From Selaginella moellendorffii (Eukaryota > Plantae > Lycopodiophyta): a stretch of 64,000 bases of DNA. The stretch spans positions 127,295-191,294 of the forward strand of contig NW_003314340.1 in NCBI RefSeq assembly GCF_000143415.4. The letters are read 5' to 3'. Under the pieces are notes generated by a model. That model was not told the origin of the DNA. It worked only from the letters and a program-made list of their open reading frames with translations, and made no database searches. Both the position numbers and the translations under genes were made by a program. Shown here piece by piece: positions 13,454 through 23,967 of this stretch. Position 1 is the stretch's first letter; each line of letters opens with the position of its first letter.

Positions 13454-13661
13454 GCTCTGATACCAAATGTAAGCTCATGAGTTTGGACTTCCCGGGAGGT
13501 CACCCAGCCCAGTACTACTCAAACCCAAGGACACTTAACCCCAAATATCCCAAGACCCTTAACCGATTGGAAAAGGGGGTGCACTTTTGTTCATGGGCCC
13601 TTTCCCTCTATATTTGAACCCCATGGACCGTCTCTCAAGTCGTTCTCTTTGGTTGCTTACA
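13454..13661 (-). mobile_element. Cassandra-like 194-bp LTR (13468-13661) with a 5S rRNA internal-promoter segment, followed by a tRNA-iMet PBS
   Basis: Ends tgtaagc..gcttaca. The minus strand of 13485-13539 reads gttaagtgtccttgggtttgagtagtactgggctgggtgacctcccgggaagtcc, matching plant 5S GTTAAGCGTGCTTGGGCGAGAGTAGTACTAGGATGGGTGACCTCCTGGGAAGTCC (box A-IE-box C). PBS at 13454-13465. Confidence 0.85.
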
Positions 13662-14280
13662 AAACCTCCTTGAGATCTAGCATTGGAGAGGAAACATGTG
13701 GATCCCTTGTATGCAATATTGAATCACCTCTATCAACCACTGGCCTCAATCCTGACCACTGGATCAAAAATTCTTCTTTTCTCGATCATCCTTAAAATGA
13801 GACACTATGCATGGTCTTCCAAAAAGAATCCAGAAAACTGGGAAATTTTTCAAGTCTCAGCTACTCCAAGTCACCTCTAAAGTGACATTTAACTCCACCA
13901 ATCTTTGATCGCTACTATCTCCATTATACATCAAGGCAAGCAAGATCACATAGATCTTAGCAAAAACCTCCATTTCTAGAGCCTTTGCAACTATTTGCCC
14001 ATTATTGAGATATCTTAAGAGCCTCCTAGGACTGTAGCAACCAGCCACTACCAACCTTAAAGTAGGGGAACCCAAACCCTAGCTACTACCCAAAAATCCT
14101 AATTCCAGAGTGTGAACTAGATCTCCTAGATCTTAAATCTGAATGAAGTGCCACTACTAGGAGTGTTTCTCACCACTCCCTAGATGCTAGCCGTGAAGGC
14201 GAATCAAGAAAAAGAGCAAAAACCAAGCTATAGGAGTGAAAAGAGGAGAAATAAAGACCATCCTTTACTATAACTGTTTA

Positions 14281-14680
14281 GGTTCGATAAATGTATATAT
14301 ACATTACCCCATATCTCAAAAGGACTAAAACAACATTAAGATTGCACTCTCAAAAAAACTAACGAAATTGTGAACACAAACGCCCAACACTGCTCTTGGG
14401 TAACCCACCTCCCAAGTTACTTCACTGCAAAACTTGAAGCCACTCATTGCACTCCATGACTTATGAGACTTGCCATAGAGAGCTCTACCAACAATGTGCT
14501 TCCAGTGCCAAAATAGTGTCCAATCGTGATAAAACTCCAACTCGTAACTTTATGTGAGGTGTGAATGTCCTCCAATTTAATACTAGAGTGTGCTACCTTT
14601 CCTCCCACACAAAACAAGTGTACTAGCTCATCTTCAATTAAGTCTTAGCCTTAAAATAGGGACTAGAGAAAGGGCATGAT
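14281..14680 (+). repeat. Dispersed ~390-bp repeat; diverged inverted copy at about 31870-32265
   Basis: Shared blocks include aaacttgaagccact, gtgccaaaatagtgtccaatc, ggtgtgaatgtcct and tagctcatcttc. Confidence 0.75.
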
Positions 14681-14985
14681 GAACCTCCTCCTAAGGGAGC
14701 AAATTACTCCAAAGCAAGCATTGGAGAAGGAATGTACAAATCCCCTATGCATATAACATTGAATTAACTCCATTTGTTGCTGGTCCTAATTGTGGCAACA
14801 AACCCTGCCACTAGATCCAAAAATCCTCCCTTCTCGATCATCCTCCAAATGAGACACTATGCATGGTTTTCCAAAGAGAATCTAGAAAACTAAGAACTTT
14901 TTTAAATCCCAACTGCTCCAAGTCACCCCTAAGGTGACATCTAGCTCCACTAATCCTTGATTGCTTGTCAAACGGTTAGCCATTT

Positions 14986-15079
14986 GGGTTCGATAAATAT
15001 GTATATACATTCCATATGTCCCAATGGGACTAATACAAAAACTAGGTGTGCTACGCTCTCAATGAGCTACTCTATGTGA
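14986..15079 (+). repeat. Left arm of a ~90-bp inverted repeat (right arm 18647-18736) flanking the LINE relic
   Basis: tacattccatatgtcccaatgggactaatacaaaaactagg versus the reverse complement of the right arm, tacattccttatatcccaatgggattgatacaaaaactagg. Confidence 0.75.
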
Positions 15080-15099
15080 TCCTCTTGTGTTGCAACTGG

Positions 15100-18000
15100 A
15101 TTTTGTATCATAGTGCCTTGGCTATGTCGCTCAAATCAATAACTCCAAGTCCTCCCAAGACTCATGGACATGTTGTGGATTGCCATGTGACCTTGGCCAT
15201 GATCCTCCCTATGACAAGTGCACCCCGCCACACATACTTACATACCATCATACGTACCTTTCTAAGAGTGCATTCAAGAATAGGCCAGATTGAGAGGTGG
15301 TACCAAATGCTAGGTAGGATGATACTTCTAGCTACGACCACTCTTGCTGGCAAGCTGAGTTTTTGAGGAGCCCACTTCTGGATTGATGTTCGTATCCTCT
15401 AGAGCAAGGTGTCATCCTGAAGTGCTACACTAAACCGGGTACCAACTTGAATCCCCAGGTACCTAGTGTTTTCTCCTGGTTTGAGCCACTAGAAGCCAAT
15501 GTCTTGGCCCCAAGACTCAATGCCTAGCTGCTGTCACTTTATGCCCACTGATTTGTTCCAGTTAATTGTTGTGCCAACTGCGAGATTGAAAGTCTCTAAC
15601 GGCTTCTTAGCTGCATCTAGGTTCTCCTTAGTCATGAGTAGGAACATGGCCATGTCATCTACAAATGCTCCATCTAGGAGTTCCCGAGTCACCCTTGCCA
15701 TTCCCAGAAGTTGTTGTCTCACAGCCAGTAGGGTGATGCCTTTGATGTGCCTGCCTTCCACTAGAAATGTGCCCAGAGCTTTAGCCACAATCAGAAAGAG
15801 ATAGGGTGCTAGTAGACAACCTTGGCATACTAAGCGTCCCAGCTGAAAACTCAGTCTTGTCTCGCCATTTATTATGACTCTGCTTGTAGTTCTATAGTAC
15901 AGTAATGAGATCCTAGCAACCATCTCTCTTAGGATGCTAATCATACGCATGTACTCCTTTAGGAACCTTTGGTCCACATGATCATAGGCCTTCTCAAAGT
16001 CCAATAGCCATGCCGTAGTTTGTTTGTCGGAGATCTCTGCCCATCTCTGAGCTAACAAGTATGTCCAAATATTTTCAGCGATTTGTCACTCTGGAACAAA
16101 ACCTATTTGTTGTTCCCAATGGCATAACAAGTTAGAGCTTGAGAGTCATTGCTTTGGTATAAACCTTGTAAGACGTGTTGAGCATGGTGATCGGCCTCTA
16201 GTTCCTCAACTCCTGTAAATCCCCACTCTTTGGGATAAGTGCAATCTAGCCCTCAAGAATCTTGCAAGGCAAGGCCTCATCACACTGAGCATCCCATCAT
16301 GCTTGCAGCAGCAACAAGCCTATAGTTTCCTAGTGCTCCTCAAAAAAAGTAGGCAAGAGGCCATCAATACCTGGCTGCTTGTCATTGTTGAGCTTCCTAA
16401 GTGCTTCCTAAAGCTCCTCTAGTGTGAAGTCTGTCCTTAGTGAGTTGTACCACTCGTGAGGGACATACTAAGGAAGGGACGCAAGCACTTCCTCTACCAC
16501 AATTTCCCTTTCTGGAGTCTATTGCTAGGCCATGTATAGCGCTTAGTAGAATTCCTGAGCATGCTATTGCATCCCTTATTTATCTTCAACGACCTTCCTG
16601 TCACTATGCTTCAATCCCAAAATGGGATGAGAGTCAGTCACCAACCTAATTCCTCTAAAGAAGGCCTTGTTGATAAAGTGCCCATCCATATTCTATGGCT
16701 TAGACACCCTTGTGTAAGCCACAATTTTTTCCTTTCCACTTGGCCAGCTTACCTTGTCTATCCGACCAACACTGCCTCGGCTTATGTTAAGTTCCCTCGC
16801 CAAGGTTCCTGCCTATTGTACCAGCTCCTACTTGGTTTCAGCTACTCACTGCACGAGCAACAGAGCGTTAGCCATCCATCCACGGATTCCCAAATCTCTC
16901 CCAATCCCCCTCCTCGAGTTAGACTGAACTTAAGGTTCGGCTACACTCCCCACAGGCACAAGCAGCCAAGCACACCAAGCCTCCAAGTTCCTAACACCCC
17001 TTAGTACAACAAAACTTGATCATGGAACCCTCTAAATCCCAAACCTTGGGTGCAGCACTTGCTTCGGGACATCGCGGCGAAACACCGTGGCCTAACGGCC
17101 CGGTATGGGTACCTCTACCCCCACTTCCATTCCGAAGGGAAGGCCCAAGCCCCTAGGAAGGGTGAGGACCAATGAGATACAAGGTACTCACGTGGGGCAC
17201 CACTCCACATAAGTTGGGAGCACCGCAGTCGGTTTCCCTTTCGGGAGTGGGAGCTGCTCTTGAGCACTTCCCTGGGTGGCCCCTCCGGCACCACCTAAGC
17301 CCATACTCACTCCCACCCAAGGCCCCTCGGCCCCAATCTCAACCTCAAGTCAGTTTGGAAGCACCATTGGAGAGTTCTTACAAGACTGGTTCCTAGACCT
17401 CACTATCCCTACTATACTTTTGGAACCCCCTGCAGCCCCCCCCCCCCCTGGGAGACACACGCTTTGGGCTTTCACCCCTTGACCTATATTAGTATTTGGA
17501 CTCGATCTCGGACTCGATCTTGGACCCGACCTCGGACTTGGTCTCGGACTCGATCTTGGACTCGACCTCGGACTCGGTCTCGGACCCGATTTGGATCTCC
17601 GACTCTGTCTCAAACTCGGTCTCTGATTCAGCCTCGGGCTCGATCCCAGACTCTATCTCGAACTCAGTCTCAGAGTCGGTCTTGGACTTGATCTTCGACT
17701 CAGTCCCATCCGATGAACTCTTTGTCATTTCGGTCATGCTTTCAGGGATCCTTTAGCCTATAACATCTCGGGGAGTCGGTTCCTTACACCTTGCTCCATG
17801 TTGTATACTCCAGGTCACGTAGCTTGGCTTCTCATTCATCCAATATTGCTTGCCACTTGTTCTCATTTTGTGTGTTCAACAACATCTTGTGTGCCACTGC
17901 CACCTTCTAGCTGGCTAGTCTCATGTCCTTCATCATTGCTCCTTTGAGATCCTTCTGGTGCACCTGGAGCTTCTGGGAGCAAGATAGGAGCATTGGGATC

Positions 18001-18640
18001 AGTCCCAGCTTGTCCTACGTGAGGGTGGCTTGTATAAGCTTGATCGCCATCAAATCTCATAGTGTCACTCTCGTGATGGATCGTTGGACTGCTGTCCCTT
18101 TGTCCCTTTGGAGCTTGATCACATAATGGAGAGGGTTGTGATCTGAGAAGGAGGTGAAGCTGAGCCATGTATTGAGGCTTCCACCATCATGCCATATGCA
18201 AGTAAAGGCATACACCAAGTCTAGTCTCGCCTGAGAGGTCATTGTCTGCCACCTCATAAAAGGGTGAGCATGAGGTGCAAACCCCTCTGCATGTTGGAGG
18301 TCCATAATCCCTAGTGCATCCATGAGCTGACTCCATTGCTCCCGCTCACATGGCTGAATTGTTTCCTACATTCCCCTATGATCACCAATGTCCTCAACCA
18401 TATTGAACTTTCCCAAGACCAACCATTCATCTGCTTGATCCTGACCATTTGGGTTTGAGTCCCAACCCACCCAAGTGGCTCCTGTGTTTTGGCAAAATGG
18501 TTGATGGCAAAATCTATTCACAATGGCACCCCTTGACTCTATTGTATGTTTGGTTTGAGGGGGAGACTTTGACATTGATATGGTCCGAAGAAGATAACCA
18601 CGTCCACTTCTACTTGAGGACTAGATCAAGTTGAGACATA
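15100..18640 (-). mobile_element. Degenerate L1-clade LINE ORF2 (endonuclease plus RT)
   Basis: LLDFEKAYDHV, QGCLLAPYLF, FVDD and INWNKS (RT); WLVLGKFN, ARLDLVY and FSDHNP (APE). Frameshifted. Confidence 0.85.
16713..17788 (-). mobile_element. Solo LTR of the chromovirus family at 23968-31470, inserted in the LINE
   Basis: tgtaagcc..ccttaca with a perfect 5-bp TSD CCTTG (16708-16712 and 17789-17793). Colinear with 23968-25121. Confidence 0.95.
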
Positions 18641-20539
18641 AAAGTTTCATATAGTGTAGCCTGTTGAGAGGGCGGCATGCCTAGTTTTTGTATCAATCCC
18701 ATTGGGATATAAGGAATGTACATATATGTTCGAGTCTTAACCCCCTAGGGCATAGTGATTGTTTGAAATATGAGGACATTCATTTTTTAGTGGTCATGGA
18801 CTCTCAGTAAAGAAGCTGGCTTGGGCACACTACCAAGTGGGGGATGCTTTAGAGTCATGATTCATGGTTAGTAAATTGGGTATAGAAGCTTAGCACATCT
18901 AACTTAAAAACTTTGGTGCAAAAGACACTAGAGTTGTGATGAATAAAATGGGGATACCCAATTTTAGTTGTTACAGAAGGGCTGACTTAGGTGCATTGCC
19001 AAGTGTGGGGGATGCCCCTAGGGTCATGGTAAAGTCGGGCAAACTTAGTACTTATTGATAAACTTGTTGAGATGTTTATGTGGGATCATGAGGTGATCCT
19101 ATGGCTAATCAAGGATAAACTCCTTATTAGGTTAAGGAATAAAGTTCTTAATTCAAAATAATGATAAACTTGGTAATGATATAACTTGGTTATGGTAATT
19201 AAGTGAGAAAAACATTTAAAATGACAAGATTTATAACAATACAATGATATAAGGATGGACCCATAGAAGGGTGCAAGATTGAGTTATAGATAGTGTCTGT
19301 AGTGGAAAATGTTAGTAATACTTACTAAAGGTGAACACTCTCTTAACTTGGTAAAGTAAAACCTTTGTTATGGAACTAAAAGGATACCTTTAAAATAGAA
19401 ATAATGATCCTATGTTATTTGGTGTAACAATTAAAGGATAAAAGCAAAAAATTAGTGGTTAAAAATGGGTCTTAAAAATTATTGGAAGGAATCCAAATAA
19501 TAAATTAGGCAAAGAACCAACATGTGGCAGATGCTAATAGATGTGGTGGAAAAAAAATAATCCCCATACAAACAGAAATAGCAATCCTAAGTTGCTTGGT
19601 GCAACAATCAGTAGATAGGAACAAAATACTAATGGCCAATAATGAATTTTAGTAATTGTTGGAGGGAATCTAAATACTAAGTTAGGTGAGAAATCACTAT
19701 ATGATAGATGCTAATAAATTATGAGGAAAGTAATGAGATTTCAAAAGATGGAACTCCCAAGTGTTCTAATTTAGCAAAAAATGAAAGATTTAAGAGATGG
19801 AATGGTTAATGGTTAGATAATCCTAATTTAGTGCCTAGGTTGGCACAAGATAAAAGAAAGGATAATGGTGTCCCTAAGTAAAGAACTTTATAAGATAGGA
19901 AAATAAAGTTTGCACAATATATGCAATAAAAGATGTTGCTAAAAAATTGATATGAGAAGTCATTCCAAAAGGCAATAGTTATATTAATATGGTTCAAAAC
20001 TATTCTAAAATGGGTAGTAAGATTGAGATAGAGGTGTCTCTAGTAGGTTTAGTAGAATCTAAACTAACAAAGTAAAAGAACTATCACAAGTGATCCAATG
20101 AGTCTCTTAATTGAAGAGTTCATGTTCCTTAGTGGGCATGATAAGCCTTTGATGTTAAACCATTGACGAATAGTGGTTTGGTGCAAAGATAAAAATGGTA
20201 ATCCATGATAGGGTTATTTTAGAAAATATGTTATTATTTGATGAGGATATCGAACTTTGGCTATAGGTGGTAGAGTTATAAAATACAAATTCCTAAGCCC
20301 CAAAGTGGAGCCGAAGGTGATTCAAGTGGCATTAGCTAAGGAAGAAGTCCAATGAGCATAACATGTTTGGATCAAAAACTCTAACTAGGAAAGGCAAGAG
20401 TAGGAGTGGAACTCCTTAAAAGGTGTTTGAGGAATGAGCATGAAGTGATTGGTAAGTGAGTCTGAAGAAAAGGACAAAAGAATAACTGATACATAGCAAG
20501 TGTTGTGATATATGAAAGTGTTAAAATTAGGAGTTCCAA

Positions 20540-20730
20540 GTGGAGTCCGAGACAGGGTTTAAGATGGAGCTTGAAATAGAGTCCAAGACTGAGACTGAGA
20601 TTGAGAGCAAGTCCAAGACTGAGAACAAGTCCGAGACTAAAACTAAGACCAAAACCAAGACTGAGACTCGAGACTACTAAGACTAAGACCAAGACTAAGA
20701 CTAATATTGAGTTCAAAACCAAATCTAAGT
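20540..20730. repeat. Degenerate hexamer repeat (ccaagactgagact...), resembling the reverse complement of the chromovirus LTR hexamer array
   Basis: Repeated gagact/ccaaga units in an AT-rich relic region. Confidence 0.5.
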
Positions 20731-22571
20731 GTGAAAGCCTAAAACAATTGTCTTCTAAACCCTGGGGGTTCAATAAGTTTCTATGGGATAATAAAGGGAG
20801 AATTCCAATGATAGTGGGGCTAAGGAAGGTTAGTGTGACTAAGGGAGGTTACACCCATATGATGGGTGATAATAAAATCATTGAAGTCCAAAGTTAGAAT
20901 GAATATATATGGACAAGTGAGGCGACTTGATAAAGTGTTTAAAACCTAACTTTAGCTCCCTTGGGAGATTAAATGGTTGATGTTCCTAATCCAAGTGTAG
21001 GTAGCATTACCTACTTAGATACCTTATATAACTCATCAAAACCTCACTCTAACCATATGGCTTAGGCACTCTAGTGGCAAAAGGTGGAGGGGAGTACCCA
21101 TAAGGCTCATATTAGGCTACAGTGTTTTGAAATATCATCCCAAAATCTTAGACTATGGAAAGAAAGAGGAATGGTCCTCTTAATTAGTAACTAAGGGTTT
21201 AATTATATGGTGAGGAAATCTTAGAGGTCGTAGAGTAAAATTTAGTGGATAAACATTCATGGCCTAGAGCAATAGTGGTGTTTGCAAAAACTACCATGGA
21301 GAAGAGGGATTTAATGAGAATCAAAGAAGGGATATTAGGAAATAGTGTTTCCCCATGTCTTGAGGCATCTTAAGGATGCTAAAGTGTGGTCAACACTTAT
21401 AGACAAATGGTCTAGTATTGGAAAGACAAGACTGTAGTGCAAGTGGTCTTGGACTACTAATGAGATAATAAAAATAGATATAACCTTAGTGTAAGAGGTT
21501 AGTATATTAATGGTATTTTTAGGTATCTAAAGTGGGATTTAATATGTAAAGCACTTGGACTTAAGGAGTAAATCTTAGGTTTGAAAAGTACCATAATACC
21601 TAGATATTGCTAGCCAAAAATAAGGCCATTAGTGAGTTGTAGATTAGGAGGTGGAAAAGTGCCTTCAAACTCATTTCAATTTGAAGTGAGAAGTATGAGC
21701 TTTTCTTTAGGGCTTTTTGATACTCATCAAGCAAATTACACTTGGGGAGGGAAGGGCCCTAGTATGTAGTAAAGATCCAATAGAGGAGTCATCAAATGAA
21801 TAGGAGGTTGAGGATAAAAAGCCTCTATCATTGAAGTGAAAGGAGGTGGAAAGCTTGTAAGCCCTCACATAAAAAGAAGCTAAGACAAAACACTGCCAAG
21901 ATTAAAACTATTATCTAAGAGAAATAGGAGGAGAACAATGAATTTGAGTTTCTAGAAGAAGACTAGTCTTTAGGAGTATCAAGTGCAACAATGGCATTTT
22001 TATAACTGAGCCCTTAAAAGGTAGAAAGAGTAGTGTTGTGAAGTAATGCCCTTGGAAGAAGCATTTAAGGAAATTCCAAAAATGCCTATACCACCACTCA
22101 AGTTATAGGGCAATGGTTTGAGGACTTCACTCTACTTCCTTAGAACTATATAAAATCTCACTATCAAAGACTTGGCTAAAGTGAAGTAGTCAACCTTAAC
22201 AAAGGCCTCTTGGATGGGTTAGGAGCACTCCCCTCTAAAGTTTCCTTCTTAAAAGATGAGTATAATTGTGCTATTAAAGGTTATAAAACAACAATGCTCA
22301 TGGTACAAGGTTTTGAGGTAAATGATAAGATAGGTGGCATAGAGGATCTTTTCTAATGATGCTTGGGAGGGATTTGCAATTGGGTATTTATAGTTGGAAT
22401 GCAACATCATAGAGTCATACTAAGGGTGACATAACTAGTATATTAACTAGTATTTGTGCCTTCATGAGGTTAGGTTGGGCCTCTTGTGCTTTAAAGTTTT
22501 TACTAGAAGTTGTGTTTAAAAATTGTGCCTTAGGTTGGGATCTTTTTGTGTCTTTGATAGTATGAAAGGAG

Positions 22572-22573
<2 letters not shown>

Positions 22574-22620
<47 letters not shown>
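22574..22620. repeat. Compound (GT)n(GA)n microsatellite
   Basis: Read directly. Confidence 0.95.
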
Positions 22621-23967
22621 TTTAACACTGGCAATGCATTTTTTTCCTGGTTGGGTCTCTTAGTTGAAGTTTGTATAAGTTGTATTGATGCCTTAGCGGC
22701 TCTTCTAGGGCTATATGCAAGTAAGATCAATACTCAAGGCTTGGTGGAGCCTTAGCAAATATTTCTACAATTTCCAAGTTGAGTTGTCAGGCTAATGATA
22801 TGTGGACTAGTTGTGATGAGTTCAATCATTCACCTCTTAGTATTAGAAGAATTTGTGCAGAATATGGCAAAATACATGTATTTACTTAGGATCTTTAATT
22901 AGGATAAATCAAGCTAGATTTAGAATTTGATTGTTTCGGAAATGCAGGAGCTACTAGAGATGTTATGGCATGTAAGACCTTGATATTGTGAGCTCATAAG
23001 GATTTTCTTTTTGGACCTAAACATCCAAATTGGGTTGATATAGATGAGGAGTGTGCATGCGAGTCACTAATATATAGCAGTTTGCAAGTACTTGGCACAC
23101 ATCTATAATAGAGGGGTCTCTAGTAGCAGGAATAGTTTTTGGTGAATTGCACTAAAGCTTAGAGAAACTAAAGAGGGCCCAAGCAGTAGTAGAAGATTAT
23201 CATGATCTGAGCCAAGCTGACTAAAGTAGATTTCAAAAGTGGGGAATTTAAAGGGACTTTGTTCAACACTACGTGACAATTTTGTGTCATTCCATTAACG
23301 TCAAGTTGGTTTTGCAAGGCAAGAATGAGGATTTTTGGAGCAGCAAGAGGTGGTAGAGGCTAAAATTGAAGATCATTTGGAATGCTTGATAACATTCTTA
23401 ACTTTGAAGGTGAGTGGGAATTGTTATCTATTGTGGAATATAAAGATCTAGATGGATCTAAAGACATGAGAGCAGCATTGTTGAACAATCAAGGAAGTGA
23501 AATGCTCGTAAATAGTAAATAGCAAGAGGTTTATAATTAACAACTAAAAAAGTTATAAGGGGTTGTAAGTGATTGAAGTTTCCATTCTACTTTAATCACT
23601 TAACCATACCTTTGACCACTTTGAGGAGTCTCACTCACAACAATTGTAAATTTTTATTATGACTTGGGGTGCTTGCTAACCTCAGATGTATTCTCATAAT
23701 CAAATTGACTTTGCATGTGGAGCAGTTGAAAAAGGGTGGAAAAGGTAATTTGCCCTTTTTCACCTTTCTTTTCTCTACTTGTCAAGATTATTATGTAAAT
23801 CTTGAGTCTCAATTATAAACACAAAATAAATAAGGCAGCAACATGAAACACAACTTTCCTCCTTCCTCCTCCTCTTCTCTTCTCTTGAAAGAAGCTTTTT
23901 CACCTTTAAATCTTGATTTCTCTTAAATAGTTGGGAGTTTTTTTTATTCCTTCAACAAGGAGCTTAT

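Noticed and set aside
13485-13539. 5S rRNA gene
   Set aside because: Only about 55 nt of the internal promoter region, embedded in an LTR; not a full 120-nt gene.
17350-17756. RS/SD-rich ORFs here and at 24755-25069 and 31139-31453
   Set aside because: By-products of the LTR hexamer array.
18750-23960. AT-rich, CpG-depleted region (also 31500-35400)
   Set aside because: Probably ancient TE debris, with no assignable motifs or boundaries.
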